From NCBI GenBank assembly GCA_035084275.1, contig CM068750.1, forward strand, positions 10,478,001 through 10,542,000: a stretch of DNA of 64,000 nucleotides. The letters are read 5' to 3'. The position numbers and the translations under genes are program-made. This DNA comes from Hydrolagus colliei. Its lineage: Eukaryota. The notes below the pieces were generated by a model. The model was not told where the DNA came from and made no database searches. It was given only the letters and a program-made list of their open reading frames with translations. Of this stretch, positions 24,224 to 37,250 are shown piece after piece. The stretch's first letter is position 1. Every line of letters begins with the position of its first letter.

Positions 24224-25817
24224 GGGATTCTTCTCTGGAGTGTATGCAATGTGTATCAGGAGAACCTCACCCATGGATTTGGGACCACTGCACTCTTTTA
24301 CGAGCAAATGGGAAACTGAAGTAAAACCGAGAGTGAGCTTTTTTTTCTCCCTTAATCATGGGACAAAAGCCAAATGAATATATCTAGCCAGGATTTTTAA
24401 ATTCTTCACAAATCATTTTTTTTCAGGATCTGCATGACCATTTTTTTCCCCCTGCAGTTCAGTTTAGCAGTTCAGTTTACAAAAAAAATAATTCAGGCAT
24501 ACATAGCACTGCACTCAAGCAAGGTTGTCTAGGGAACCAGTAGTCTAAAAAAGGATGAACGCATCCTATTGGACAGCAATGGTCCATACAGTACATGTGC
24601 AGCATTGTTACACACACAGGACAGAAGAGAACAAGCTGGATGCAGAATGGCTGCCCGCTGAGCAGAATTACATTGATATAACATTCTCCAGCACAATGTG
24701 ACAATTGTTCCATGCCGCATATTTTCCAGTCTGAAAATTCTAACAGGCAAATATAATGCACTCGTTTCAGGATGTGTGGCAGTGTCATTCAAACTGAGTT
24801 CCTAGTTTCACAAAATAACATTTTGTTTTGCTTTAGCCTAAATGCCACTGTGATTTAAAAGATCTTTGCAACCTCTCAATGTAATCTGTTCTACAAAACA
24901 TTTTTGTTTCTTCCGGTCCCGCACCTTGCATTAATGCATCAGTCATTTTACACTTAAGGCCTCAAAGCAATCGCAGTCCACGGATGAAAGACCAATTCCT
25001 TCATAGAACTCCCCCTGTAATATATCAATGAAAACAAATATCCCACACTGTAGATATCCTGTCATGTTGCACTTGCAGTGTCTGCATTTCTGAAGTAACA
25101 TATGCCCGCACAAATCTTAACAAGATTGTCTTTGTGTTAACAGGCAGGTTTGAAGAAATTACTGTAACTAATTCAGGTTACTGTGACCATACGGTGTAGG
25201 TCAATAATTCTTGAAATGGAATGTGATTTCAGTGAACTTCTCTATGCTCCATAATTTGCGAATTTCTGTGACCACCAGAAGTACCCTGATGATTTAAATT
25301 CATCAGTGGATGCCAGAGTGGAAATGGCAATCGTCCACAGCTTGTCCCCTTTTTTTACCTCCAAATTATAGCTATTCTGATATTTAAAGGGCATCCTGAT
25401 TTTGATCAGACTGAAGCTGATCCTTTCAAATGAATTAGCTTTTCTTCTTAAAGACTGCATTTTTAGTCTCATCTTCTTTTTCGGTCACTTATTGAATTTA
25501 ATGCTGTAATCACTCCACCTAGGATACGCTTATCTCCTTGGGATTTCACGCATACGATTAAGTGAAGGTCTATGAGTCTGTTCTTTGCAGTAAACAAAAA
25601 TGGGTATCTCTTCTGCCACTGCAATAACAACTTCTTGCATTTATATAGTGCCTTTCATGAAACAAATTTTCACAAAGCTCTTCAGAGATGGAACAGAAAT
25701 AAACCTCACTATTTGGAGTGAACCAAAGGAAGCTGCTCATTCTCCAATTAGCCAACATTTCTATAAGATATATAGCAACATCACTCTCTTGTCAGAGAAA
25801 TGTGGTCAGGATCACTG

Positions 25818-27978
25818 TAACAACAGCAAAATTACATTTATATAACACCTTTCACATTGGGAGGACAGTCAGTATTTCAGACAGAAGCTGGGATGGAGGG
25901 GGGTGGAGGGAAGGGAGGGAAAGTGGGTGACCAATGGCATGGTCGAAGAGGAGGGACTTGAAGGAGGCTAGGGAAGGGGCAGGGTAGAGGAATTGCAGGA
26001 TGGAATTCCAAAGGTTGGGGGTAGAATGACTGAAGGCTAGCCCACTGATAACAACAACAAATTAACAACAACAAATTACATTTATAGAGCACCTTTCACG
26101 TCGGGAGGACGTCCCAAGGCGCTGCACAGGAGGCGTGTGACCCGAGCTGAGAGGGGAGTGTGTGGGAAGGGGTGAAACAAGAAGAGGAGGTCGAAGAGTT
26201 CGGGGTGGAACAAAAGGCACGGTAGAAGAGGAAAGTCTTCAAACTGGCCTTGAAAGAGGAAAGGGAAGAAACGAAATGGAGGGATTGAGGGATGGCATTC
26301 CATAGGGTGGGAGCGGAGAAACTGAAGGCCCGGCCTCTGATGGTGGGGCGGTTCGGGTGGGGGGCTTGGAGCAGGCCAAGTCCTGTTGAACGGAGGGTCC
26401 GGGTGGGCTTGTAGGGGGAAAGTAGATCGGTTAAATAGGGCGGGGCAAGGCCGTGTAAGGCCTTGTAGGTGAGGACGAGGATCTTGAACTCGATCCTCTG
26501 GAGAATGGGGAGCCAATGGAGATGGGCGAGGGTGGGGGTTATGTGGTCGCGGAGGCGGGTGCGGGATAGTACACGGGCTGCAGAGTTTTGGATGACCTGC
26601 AGCCTGTGAATGGAGGAACTGGGGAGGCCGACGAGGAGAGAGTTTCCGTAGTCCAGCCTCGAGGTGATGTATGCGTGCACGAGTGTTTCGGCAGCGCGGG
26701 GGGTAAGATAGTTAACCTGGCAATATTGCGCAGGTGGAAATAAGCCCCACTGATGGTGGGTCGGGTGAGTCACAGGGAGCTGGCTGGATCCCACTGAGCA
26801 GAGGGAGCAGACAGGTTGGTAGAGGGTTAGGGAGTCACAGCAGTAGGGTGGAGCAAGGCTGTGGAGGGCTTTAAAGATGAGGACCAGGATCTTGAATTGA
26901 ATTCTCTGAATGATGGGAAGCCAATTAAGTCAGGTGAGAATGGGGAGCTGGGGTAGTGGAGATTGGTGCAGTAGAGGACATGGGCTGCAGAGTTCTGGAT
27001 GATCTGCAGCCGATGGAGGGAGAAAATTGGGAAGGCTGACAAGCAGGGCGTTGGCATGGTCGAGCCTGGATGTGATAAAGGTATGAAGAGTTTCAGTGGC
27101 CTGAGGAGTGAGGTAGTGGCGGAGTCGGGCAATGTTGCGGAGGTGAGGTGGAATATGCAACCATGGAGGTTGATGATGCCAGTGCCTGAGGTGCAGAGGC
27201 ATTGCCATGAGCCAATCGGGAGAGCTTTGGTCTTGGTGACGTTCAACTGTAGAAAGCTGGCTCTCATCCAGGACTTGATGTCCGACAGGCAGTCTGTCAG
27301 GACAGTAGTGGTCCTGGAATCGAGGCAGAAGAGTTGGGTGTCATCCAAATACATGTAAGTTGACCCCATGTTTGCTGATGATGTCACCAAGGGGGAGCAT
27401 ATAGATATTAAAAAGGAGAGGGACAACAACAGAGCCCTGGGGGATGCCACACATGACAGTGCAGGGGCTGGAGGAGAAGCCATTAGTGGTGATAAAGTGG
27501 AGATGGTCGAAGCTGTAAGATTCGAACCAGGCAAGGGCAGGTCCAAAAATATTGAGCTGAGAGGAGAGACGGTGTAGGAGGATAGAGTGGTCGACATTGT
27601 CGAAGACGGCAGAGGGGTCGAGGAGGACAAGAAAGCAGAGTGCCTGATCACAGATGTTTAAAATGTTGTTAGAGACTTTGGGCAGCATGGATGCCAGATT
27701 GGAGTGGTTCAAAGAGGGAATGGTCAGACTCAACGACTCATTCCAGGGAGAGGAATGGGAGGTTGGAGATGGGGCAATAACTGGAGAGTAGGGATGGGTC
27801 CAGGGAAGAAATGATAGTGGTGAAGTAGGAGGGAAAGAAGGTGTATGGGGGTGGGTGGGTGGGGAGGTGGGTCATGAGGGAGATGTAATAGACAGGGGGT
27901 TGCAATAGACAGGGTGGACAGGTGGCTGAACAGATCCTCTCGATTATGAATTTGAGGAGGTCCAGCATCTCCTTGCAT
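25818..27978 (-). mobile_element. Older L2 LINE (about 1.45 kb, RT domain to tail), split by a nested younger L2 at 26050-26745
   Basis: RT motifs LLDPSAVFDNVDH, GIPQGS..PLLFNIYM, YLDDTQL and SRLDHANALL are scattered over several frames. The tail is at about 25818-25875. Confidence 0.9.
26050..26745 (-). mobile_element. Young 5'-truncated L2 LINE with open ORF2 C-terminus and 9-bp target-site duplication
   Basis: Uninterrupted frame AAETLVHAYITSRLDYGNSLLVGLP...HWLPILQRIEFKILVLTYKALHGLAPPYL. CpG-rich, with a (CAA)n tail. CCCACTGAT occurs at 26041-26049 and 26746-26754. Confidence 0.92.
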
Positions 27979-28704
27979 TTGTACTTTTCCTTTTGCAGGG
28001 AAATAGGCTAATAAACTGACAAGTTAATTATTTTTTGGACCTTTCTGTATGCCTGTGACTTTTCTACCCACTGCACAGCAAGCTGGTGCATGGCAAATAT
28101 GCCAAACAATACAAGATTATGAGATTGAGTGTTACAAATGGAATGTACTTCTGCAAAGCACCGTAACTAAGAATTTGCAATTGGTTAAATAGAATGTAGT
28201 TGGATAATGAAGCATTTGGATAAGGTGATGTTGGACATAATGAGGTTAAACAATAATATATACTCACACAGCATACAGGGACCCAAATGCAGTGCTGTAT
28301 TAAAAAGACTAATACAGTATCACCACATGCAAAAATAGCTCTTGTTTATTACAAGCAAATTTGAATATTCAAAGGCAGCAATGCTCTGGAGCAAGGAGGA
28401 GAATTGTTCATTTTTTCTCTTTTGAGATATTTTCTATTGATCAAAATATAACTCCTGCTCAGGACTAAGGTTTTGAATGGAATCCTGTCTTTAGTGAGGT
28501 ATTGAATGCATGCCTGTCTAAACTGAGGTTTTGAATGGACTTCTGGTTAGTAATGAGGCTTTGAGTGGAGCTTTTGGGAACAAGGATTGGCATTCCAAAA
28601 CATGAGGGATGCCACTTTGTGCTCAGCTCATTGGCAGCCCACCAGAAAGGGATCTGGATGTCATCCAGACGAGTGGCTCGTCTCAAGAGAGCAGACAGGT
28701 CTGA

Positions 28705-28836
28705 TAGGTCTCAATTGGGCTGTATTTTAACCAGAAAAGTGGACAATCTCTTAATTTCAGATAGTTGAACTAGGTCTCAATCGGGCTGTATTTTAACCAG
28801 AAAAGTGGACAATCTCTTAATTTCAGATAGTGGAAC
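28705..28836. repeat. Tandem duplication, 2 x 66 bp
   Basis: taggtctcaa[t/c]...ttcagatagt[t/g]gaac at 28705-28770 and 28771-28836, with two mismatches. Confidence 0.95.
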
Positions 28837-30319
28837 TCTCAATAATGCTTCTTACTCTTGCTTACTTTGCTTGTGTTGAGTGGGGGAATTCTCAACATTA
28901 ATTTTGGACTCGATCAAACGACTGATACAATCAGAATTATTGTTTGGTCAACCTAGAATCTGGTGCTAAAAGCTTAATTCCTTGCTTAAGAGTCTCCAAA
29001 TGAAGCTGCTGAGAGTTCGACATGTGTGTGGTCTGGAGTGGAGATCGCACTCTCTCCCCAGAGGGGCACACCATTATTACCTAATCCTGGAGAGATTAAA
29101 TGCAGGTTGACAAGAGGCAAGATTTGGAAATGCCAATGTATATTTTAATGTACTGCTACAGTTTAACCATCCAAAACTGCCCAAGTTGCCATTGGAAACA
29201 CCATCTAAGTTCCATCCTATTTCTCCAGTTAGAACAACTTTACAACAACAACAAAATTACATTTATAGAGCGCCTTTCATGTCGGGAGGATGTCCAAGAC
29301 ACTATGATTAGATTAGCATTATGCTGTGTGCTTTCAGCACCCAAATAATTATTACCATGCAAAAAATGCCTTCCAACTTTAAAAGTTGTTATTGAATTTG
29401 TTCTTTTCTATTTATGGGTACAGATTATTGTTAATTTTCAGAGAGAATCGGACAGGAAAATAAACTCTTGCTGGATAGTGTGATCGTATCATGGTATCAA
29501 ATGCTCTGGAATGCTACCGTGTATGAGGTTTATAAATGCAAGTTGTTGTTGTTGATCCTAGTTAAATGGCATTTCTGACTATAGTTGCTGCATGGATACC
29601 ATGAGTAATCTATGAGTTTCTATATTGATGGATTCATATTTTTTCCACATATGAGTGGCAAAGTGTAAAACATAAGCAATAGCTTAAATCCAACCAGCAA
29701 ATAAGATGCTACAACTGTCAAAAACGGTCATGTAACATGATACAAGTAAAAGTATAATTTGCATTCCTGGTTTTGATGACAACACTGCAATAAGAAAGGT
29801 AGAAACCTCTTTGTAACTATACACATAGAGAGATGGTAAATACATCTAGAGTAAATGTTGCACTGGGCATTATGATGGTCTAACTAATATTGAAAATTTC
29901 TACAGCTCTTTAAAACTTTTCTCTCTGTAGGGTATCACACGTTGAGTACATTATTATTCAGCTGTACTTCAGAACACAGATACAATAGTATCAAGCTTCC
30001 CAACCTGACCATCATTGGTATCTAAAATTATAATGTAAAATGTTTCTGATAAAAGATAGCTCTATTTATAAGGTTGATCTTCAAAACAAAGTGCACTGAA
30101 AAAGTTTGCCAGACACCCCTGACACCACAGTTTACATTTTAATGAACTACAGACAACCTCCAATATAACACAATATCTCATTTCTTCTAAATTTGCTAAA
30201 TTGAGCCTGATGAACACTCAATTTCTGTTCTTATGGTTTATGGATGTTCAGAACTGTTGGTTTCATATTTGAACATAAAACATGCTGCAGTTAACTTCCT
30301 TGCATGTAACCCATCGATG

Positions 30320-30618
30320 ATAATAATAATCCTCGCATTTGATATAGTGCTTTACATGTCTTCTAGATGTCACAAAGTGCTTCACAAAATATACTGTAAA
30401 GTGAATTGACTGTATATTTGTGGGTGAAACTCAGCAGCCAATTACCCACAGTAGGATCCCACAAACAGTCATGGACTGAGTAACCAATTTATTATTGTTT
30501 ATTTTTCTTGAGTGATTATTATCAGGCATTTGGAGTAAGCAACCTTGCCCAAGGTTTTGCCCTGCTGGGAATCGAACCCAGATGCAAGGCAAGTGCTCTC
30601 CCATGAGCTACAGGACTC
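30320..30618 (-). mobile_element. Near full-length tRNA-derived SINE (same family as 10785)
   Basis: (AAT)n tail and shared body. Reverse-complement B box ggaatcgaacc and head gagctacaggact. Confidence 0.88.
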
Positions 30619-33600
30619 CAGTGCGCTCCATTACATATTATTAAAGCTGAAACAGAGAGTACCTGCCAATTCATATCACAATTGTGTTGCATTTTACAAT
30701 AGCTATGAATGTAGTAACTACTGTTGGACTGTCACAGTACAACATGTACAAGCCAGAACTGTCTACCAACTGGACACATTGGTTACTTATCTTTGTAATA
30801 CTCATTCTTCATTCTTATAAGATTCTTCCACATAGATAAGGGTAACCAAAACAAGACAGAACCAGAGCATAGCTCTGAAGACATTAAAGTTAAAAAAACT
30901 TATGATTAAATCTTATAAATGCATCATAAAATAGCGTATTAAGTTCTATGAACCCTTTGTATGTAAAAAAAACAGTCTCCCTTATCTCTCCCTTTGTGTT
31001 TATTTGGTAATGATGTTCACTGTTTAGCAACTCACCAACCATAAATATGTTGTCAAAGTCCACCATTCATGGTATCAGATTCCTGAATGGCTTGGCTATG
31101 TTTGGACCAAATGGACCTTTTAAAATATAGTTTGGGGATGAATGCTTATGAGATTAAATCTAGGGAAGGGAGCAGTTGGGATTTCTCAGTTTAATAGTAT
31201 ATTCAAGTTATGGATTAGATCCAACACCATAATGAGCTACATCTTTGGCGAATGCTTTTAGGAGTCATTTATCCAGACACAAAAAAAAGGCCCCATAGTC
31301 TGCAATATGCTACTATCGAGATATCATTTGAACAATGTTGTACTTTATTCAAAATGAGAATAGGTAAGACAAGAATTGTGGTATTTATTTTATTCAATTT
31401 GGGGTAGGAAGAATTGTTCTTTCACATTCTGAAATGTTACTTACAGAACATTAAAATCGATAATGATGCAAAAACAAAATCACTCATACACTGCAAGACA
31501 TTTGCTATTTTTCTCTATTCTTTACAGTTTAAACGTTCCTGCAATTTGAATGGGATTTTTTAATTTGTGCTGGGAAAATGAGTATTCTACCAATTGAAAT
31601 TGTCTTAATTTTATAGTTAAAGTAATGACAAATTTGACAATCTGTTGCTTGAACTACATGATTTTTTAAATTCTAGGTGTACACACAATTTATATATATA
31701 CAGTATTCTATATATCTTAAAAGTATACTTTTAATACATATTTACACAACAAACATTGTGATTAAAACATACACTAGCAGAAATTAATTGCAAAATGTGC
31801 ATTTAGATTGAAGAAATGTCACTTCTTCCCTTGGCCCCAAATAAGCCATGCAAACTTCCGTTTTGATGCATGAATTTTGGGGTGAAGGCCAGGAACTGGA
31901 TTCTAAATTCCCTCAAAGCCCCTATAAAAAGAAGGTCCTGTTACCATAAGCAGATGTACTATCTCTGCTTACACAGATAGCCTAGCAGCTTATAGTGGCG
32001 TGGAATTCAAAAATTGCCTTTATGACATTCTCGCTCTGTTAGATAATAGAGCAACTCTTCCACTTTGTCCCTAAGGGGCTTCTGGTTGTTAAAATGCAAG
32101 CCAGACGTAGCATTTTAAATGTCAAGATAGGAATCCTCGACATTTTGAGCTAGACATGGTGGATGCAATCCAGCAAGCTTTTGATACACCTAAAATGTAC
32201 AAATAAGCATCATTGAAAGCACTCAACCTCCATCAAGTAATATCTTTGCTAGAATTACAATCTTCCAGAGGATACAATCCAAAGTAGGAGCTACCATAAC
32301 TTTGTTTACTATACTACCCCAATAGTTTTTTCTAAAGGGTGCTGGGTTGTACAACTGGCAAGATTTTGGCATTCCCGATTTGCCCGATATCAATTCATAG
32401 GCATAGTAGTAATGAGTTGACTGTCAATGTTTTCTTTTAGGGGGCTGGGACAGTAATTGGTACAAATGAAAGAGGTCCAGATTCTAGGAACCTGTCAATT
32501 CAAATAGTTTGGTGATTAGATATTTGCTGAGCGCACCTGATTTGCAATTGATTCCGACATAGAACAGTAATTTTTAGCATTGATTTACAAGCTCCATCAA
32601 TAATGTTCAGGAGAGTATACAAATTATTTTCAGTTAATTTTTCCAGCTGCTGATATGAAGCATAAGCAACCATAATTTGAAGCCTGAGGCCTCGATTATT
32701 CTGGGGGAGGCTCAAAATGAAAGACAAAGATAGAGAAACTCAAACCCCATCAAACAAACAGATGCAAATAGTGCAGTGTGTAGAACTCAGTATAATGCTT
32801 CTTTTAGAGGGTAAATAGTGAACAGAAGTAAATGAAAAATCGAATGTGTCATGTTTAGTAGAGATTTATCTGCCCTTAACAGGGAGGAAAATTAACAAGA
32901 TGTGCTTCAGAAACCTTGCCCTTGTTCTAAAATAGTGGGAAAAATATTCAGAGAGAAACCTACCTATATACAGTAAAACATATACACTAAAACTATTCAA
33001 TTGGGACAAAAATGACAGTCCATGATAGATGTCTTGTGAAGGGGATATCAATCTAATTGACACACTGATAACATCTGTCGATTCCGTTCACATGAAACGA
33101 ATTTTCACGATAAAATTAGATTTTAGTGCTATTTAAGAGAATTCAGTTCAAGCTCCCCTGGGAATGTTTAATAAAGATACTCTGAACCTCCATACATGTG
33201 AAGATCACCTCTGTGTAATGCATGTATCAGTTAGGTGTATGGTGGACAATGCATCTCCTGCCTACATTGTCATAGGTTTCCTTCCATTTCCACCTGTCAC
33301 TCACATCTACTTATCTTATTTAGGTCTGCAATTTATGCCTGTTCTCAGGTGGCATGGTGTGCTATCATATACATTCACAGGGAGAAGGGAAAAGGGAGAA
33401 AAAGAAAGATCTACTTTTACCCTTTGTCCCCTCACCTGTAGGTTTTGCTTATTCTTATGCTTATTCTGTGAATGAGATGTATGCGTGTGTTCATCTTATT
33501 GTGCTCTCCAGGAGTTACAACCAGATTAGCGAATTCATGGGTGGCAGGCATCAAAGATAGCTGAGAAAAACATTTTTGCAGACATTCAACCAAATTTCAG

Positions 33601-34449
33601 TGAAGCCTCCCACTTGGTGAAGGAAAGACGTATTTTGGGCACTCATCATGTTTTTTTTTCAAGTTCGTACTGATGTCTACAAAGATTGGTCTGCAGAGAA
33701 TCTTGTTAACCTCTGTCCAAACCATTAAACAAAAGCAGTTAATTAGAGTGAAAAATCCAGTACATATACAACAGAACACACACAAATCTAGCCCCATGAC
33801 AACCACCTGCTTAACAGTGAGATTCCTCAATAGATAGCATTACAAAAGGATAACTTCAGAACCTACTATTAGTCTTTAAGTGTAAATTTCATTTACAAGG
33901 ACTTAAATAAATGCAAGTTACTATTAATAATGATCACTATAAATAATAATACCTATGTGGTAGAATTAGAATAAAAATTAAAAAACAGCAAAAACTGTAT
34001 TTCTGGGAGCACATTAATCCTGCAGTTGAACTCCACATATGGCACCAATTTGGTGCCAAGTTAGCAGTCTAAAGGATATCTCAGGCAGCGCAATACTGTA
34101 TCTAGTCATGCAAGAAGAAGCCAGGACATGATATTGTGTCAAACGCTCTGGAACTGTACAGGGCCAGTGTGTGTGGGAGCCTCAACTTGCTGGCTTTCAT
34201 CCATCTGATTTTTCCCACATTTTCTTTTCCACTCACACTTTGTTTCCAATCATCCTTTTAAAGCAGGGTTGTCACGGATTGCGCAGAACTCCAGTCTGAT
34301 GCAATACTTTTTAAAATTAGTATTTATTTTAACCCTGCAGCTTGACAAGTTAAGTTAGTACCTCTAAAATCTAGGTTGGTCACACATTGTTCAGATGTGC
34401 TGCCAGAGTCAACTATGAAAGTTTTTAATTCTTGCAGTTTGTTCCAGCT

Positions 34450-35055
34450 TATCTCCTTACTGGGACGTTCTCTCAACGTGAAAGGTGGGGCAGGATGAAG
34501 CCTGCACAAGATGGATGGGTTACACCTAAACAGGACTGGGACCAATGTCCTTGCAGGGAGGTTATCTTGTGCTGTAGGGGAGGGTGTAAACTAATTTTGA
34601 GGGGGGAAGGGAATGCAAAATGCAGTGGTCCAGAAAAAGGAGGGATAAGGAAGGGGGGAAATGCAGAACAGGCTAAGTCGGACTTGGAGTGCATGTGCCT
34701 AAATGTATGGAGTGTGACAAACAAGATTGGTGAGCTGCAGGCTCAAGTTGCCACAAGGGGATTATGATGTAGTAGCAGTAACAGCGACTTGACTCAAACA
34801 AGGACAGGAATGGGGGCTGAATATTCCTTGGTGTAATGTATTCAGGAGGGATAGGGAAGGAACAAAAGGAGGTGGGGTGGCAGTGTTAATTAAAGACACA
34901 GTTACAGCCTTGGAAAGGGACGAAGTGCTAGAGGGCCTATAAACAATGTTAAGAGTTAAGAAACAAAAAAAGGAGCTGTTAGGGGTATACTATAAACCAC
35001 CAAATAGTGGGAAGGAGATAGACGATAGACGAGCAAATCTGCAAGCAGATTTAAG
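34450..35055 (+). mobile_element. CR1-clade LINE internal fragment (ORF1 end, spacer, ORF2 endonuclease start)
   Basis: gatgggttacacctaaac (DGLHLN, ORF1 esterase-like). This is followed by LECMCLNVWSVTNKIGEL, YDVVAVTAT*L, FRRDREG.KGGGVAVLIK and GVYYKPPNS apurinic-endonuclease motifs. Purine-rich. Confidence 0.85.
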
Positions 35056-36869
35056 CCTGAAGAATGGTCTTAAAATGTCGCAGACATAGGATGTAATGTA
35101 TAAAGCCTGGGTAACATTATTTAGTGAGTAAACCAAACAAAGTTTAAACTACAATTTCTCATATCAGTAACATTTCAGTATTTCACTTTCATTTATTCAG
35201 CCTTTGGTTTGTGCCACATTAACACTTTAAAATTATTTTGTAGAAAGTTCCCATTGCACCATCAATGAAACTCAATGCATTTGGTGTAAGGAAAAGGAAA
35301 ACACCCTCTTTATTCACATCGAGAACCCATTGATGCTCACTGCTTTCAGGCCAAACATTGTGTGCTGTGAAACAAACACTGTTTTACCAAGGACCATTAA
35401 AATCTAAGAGTTCAATGTGTTTCAGGTTCTTCTTTCACAGTCCTTTCACAGTCGCTTTTCATCGCATCTGTTATGTCCTTATGGTGCATCTAACCAACAC
35501 TAAAATTATTACTAATCATTTGGACAAGGGAGAAGGGAACGATCATTATCATTCATCCGACTAGATAATGTGGTGGCATGTTTGTGAGCATGTATGTAAT
35601 GCAATTAATATATAAAATACTAAATAATAAAATATTGTTAATATATACACCAGTTATTTCAAATCCACCCTACAGTAGTCCATGTCATGGAGAAGTTTCC
35701 AGGTTTTGTTGCATTGTCTGGCACAGGCACTTAAAATACCCATTCACAAAGACAATGGTGTGAACCCACTAAACTTCCAAACGTTTTGTTCTTGACCAAA
35801 AAATGACCTTTGTAGACACACAATGGTTTTATTCCTTCACAATCTGTTATTTTGAAGACATTCGGTGGGTGGGGAAAGGGAAGGAAAGTTAAATATATTT
35901 TTCTCCATCCTCCCCCACCCCACCCAACTACTGACTTAAAATTAACAGATTGTCAAGGAAAAAATTTCCTTTTTGTCCTATCAAAAATTGTCTTGTGAAG
36001 GCTTGTGTGGAAGCCACACAAGTACAGTTTTAGTTCAGCTGAACCTCTTATTTTCTAAATTGAAATAGTTAAAATATTTGTTCCCTCTAGACCTGTGGTT
36101 AAGGAAATACGTAAGTAAGAGTAGGAGCTTGGGAAGACAGTGGGGAGGTGGGAAAAGAAAATTAAATGTGAATCAACATAAGATCAGCTTATTTAAGGAA
36201 CAGCTTGATAGTGGAATGGGAGGGAGGCCGGTACAGTAGATGTGGAAGTGTGAAAGATCAAATAACCCTTTGCAGCTGCCAAAATATCCAGGAGTGACAG
36301 CAAAGGACCACAACAACAATGTTCTCATGGAAAGTATCATGCTGGATTTCAAGTATATTTGTACGACCGAGAGTCTGTTGATTGTATGATTTAAGCAAAA
36401 GATTTGCACTGGAACCATAATACTGTAATACGACAATAATAATGATTCTTGCATTTGGTATAGTGCCTTATCATGTGATTAAGGTGTCTTAAAGCACTTC
36501 ACAGAAGATACTGTAAAGTTAATTAAAATTTTGTGTGAGAAATGCAAAATGAGGGGTGAGGGCACAGCAATCTGTCAAACTGTTTCCGAGTGAGTTTCTT
36601 CCCCAAGCAGAATCTCAGCAATACCTTGTCATATCATTTAAACCTACTTCTCCTTACATAAAACCCTACACTGAGCTCCAACACCCTTGCCACTGTACTG
36701 GTATTCCTCTCTACTGTGACGAATAGGATAACATACGAGTTGAAACCTGGACAAAAGCAGCAATATAACAAAGGGTTTAAATAGCAATATTTAAATCCAT
36801 GTGTTTACTAGCCTTGTGCTTTACTGAATAATATGCATCAAATACATTCTTAAAGCCGTTTTATTTTGG

Positions 36870-37250
36870 CATACGCCTCTGCTCCCGGTCACGAGCCTCC
36901 TTGGTGCAGTCCACAGGCACTGATTTCCCTCCAAAACTCCACTCAAGTGGCCATTCTTCATGTATGAACCTTGACAACGTGCAATCAGTAGGCTACTGAA
37001 TTGCAGAGTGTGTCACAGTCGAGCCTAACCTCTGCTCACCTGGCTGCCACACGCCCATTACTGGTGATGGCTATTATAGTAGGAAACCAAGGAGTAGGAA
37101 ACCTGGCTGTATTCCCTTTCCTCACCCTGGGAAGACCAGGTCCAATTTAGCTTCCTCATGCAGCCCAGGTTGAAGCTATGAATTTTAGCATGGATTGGGA
37201 TTTGGAACACACCTTATCCTGCAGCTACTTCCACTGCACCATCAACCCTG
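36870..37250 (-). mobile_element. Old SINE-like repeat, family uncertain
   Basis: tcaagtggccattcttcatgt and ggaaacctggctg resemble a common shark interspersed repeat, recalled from memory. A related piece appears on the opposite strand near 15080-15185. Confidence 0.35.

Noticed and set aside
26827-27651. 274-aa ORF as a host gene or intact reverse transcriptase
   Set aside because: A frameshifted mosaic of L2 ORF2 frames; only part of it is in the RT frame.
28705-28836. CRISPR-like direct repeats
   Set aside because: Only two adjacent copies with no spacer, in vertebrate intronic DNA with no cas genes.
34040-34058. Short palindromes (tggcaccaa-t-ttggtgcca; also aactagatctagtt near 3352)
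   Set aside because: Arms of 7-9 bp are expected by chance in 64 kb.
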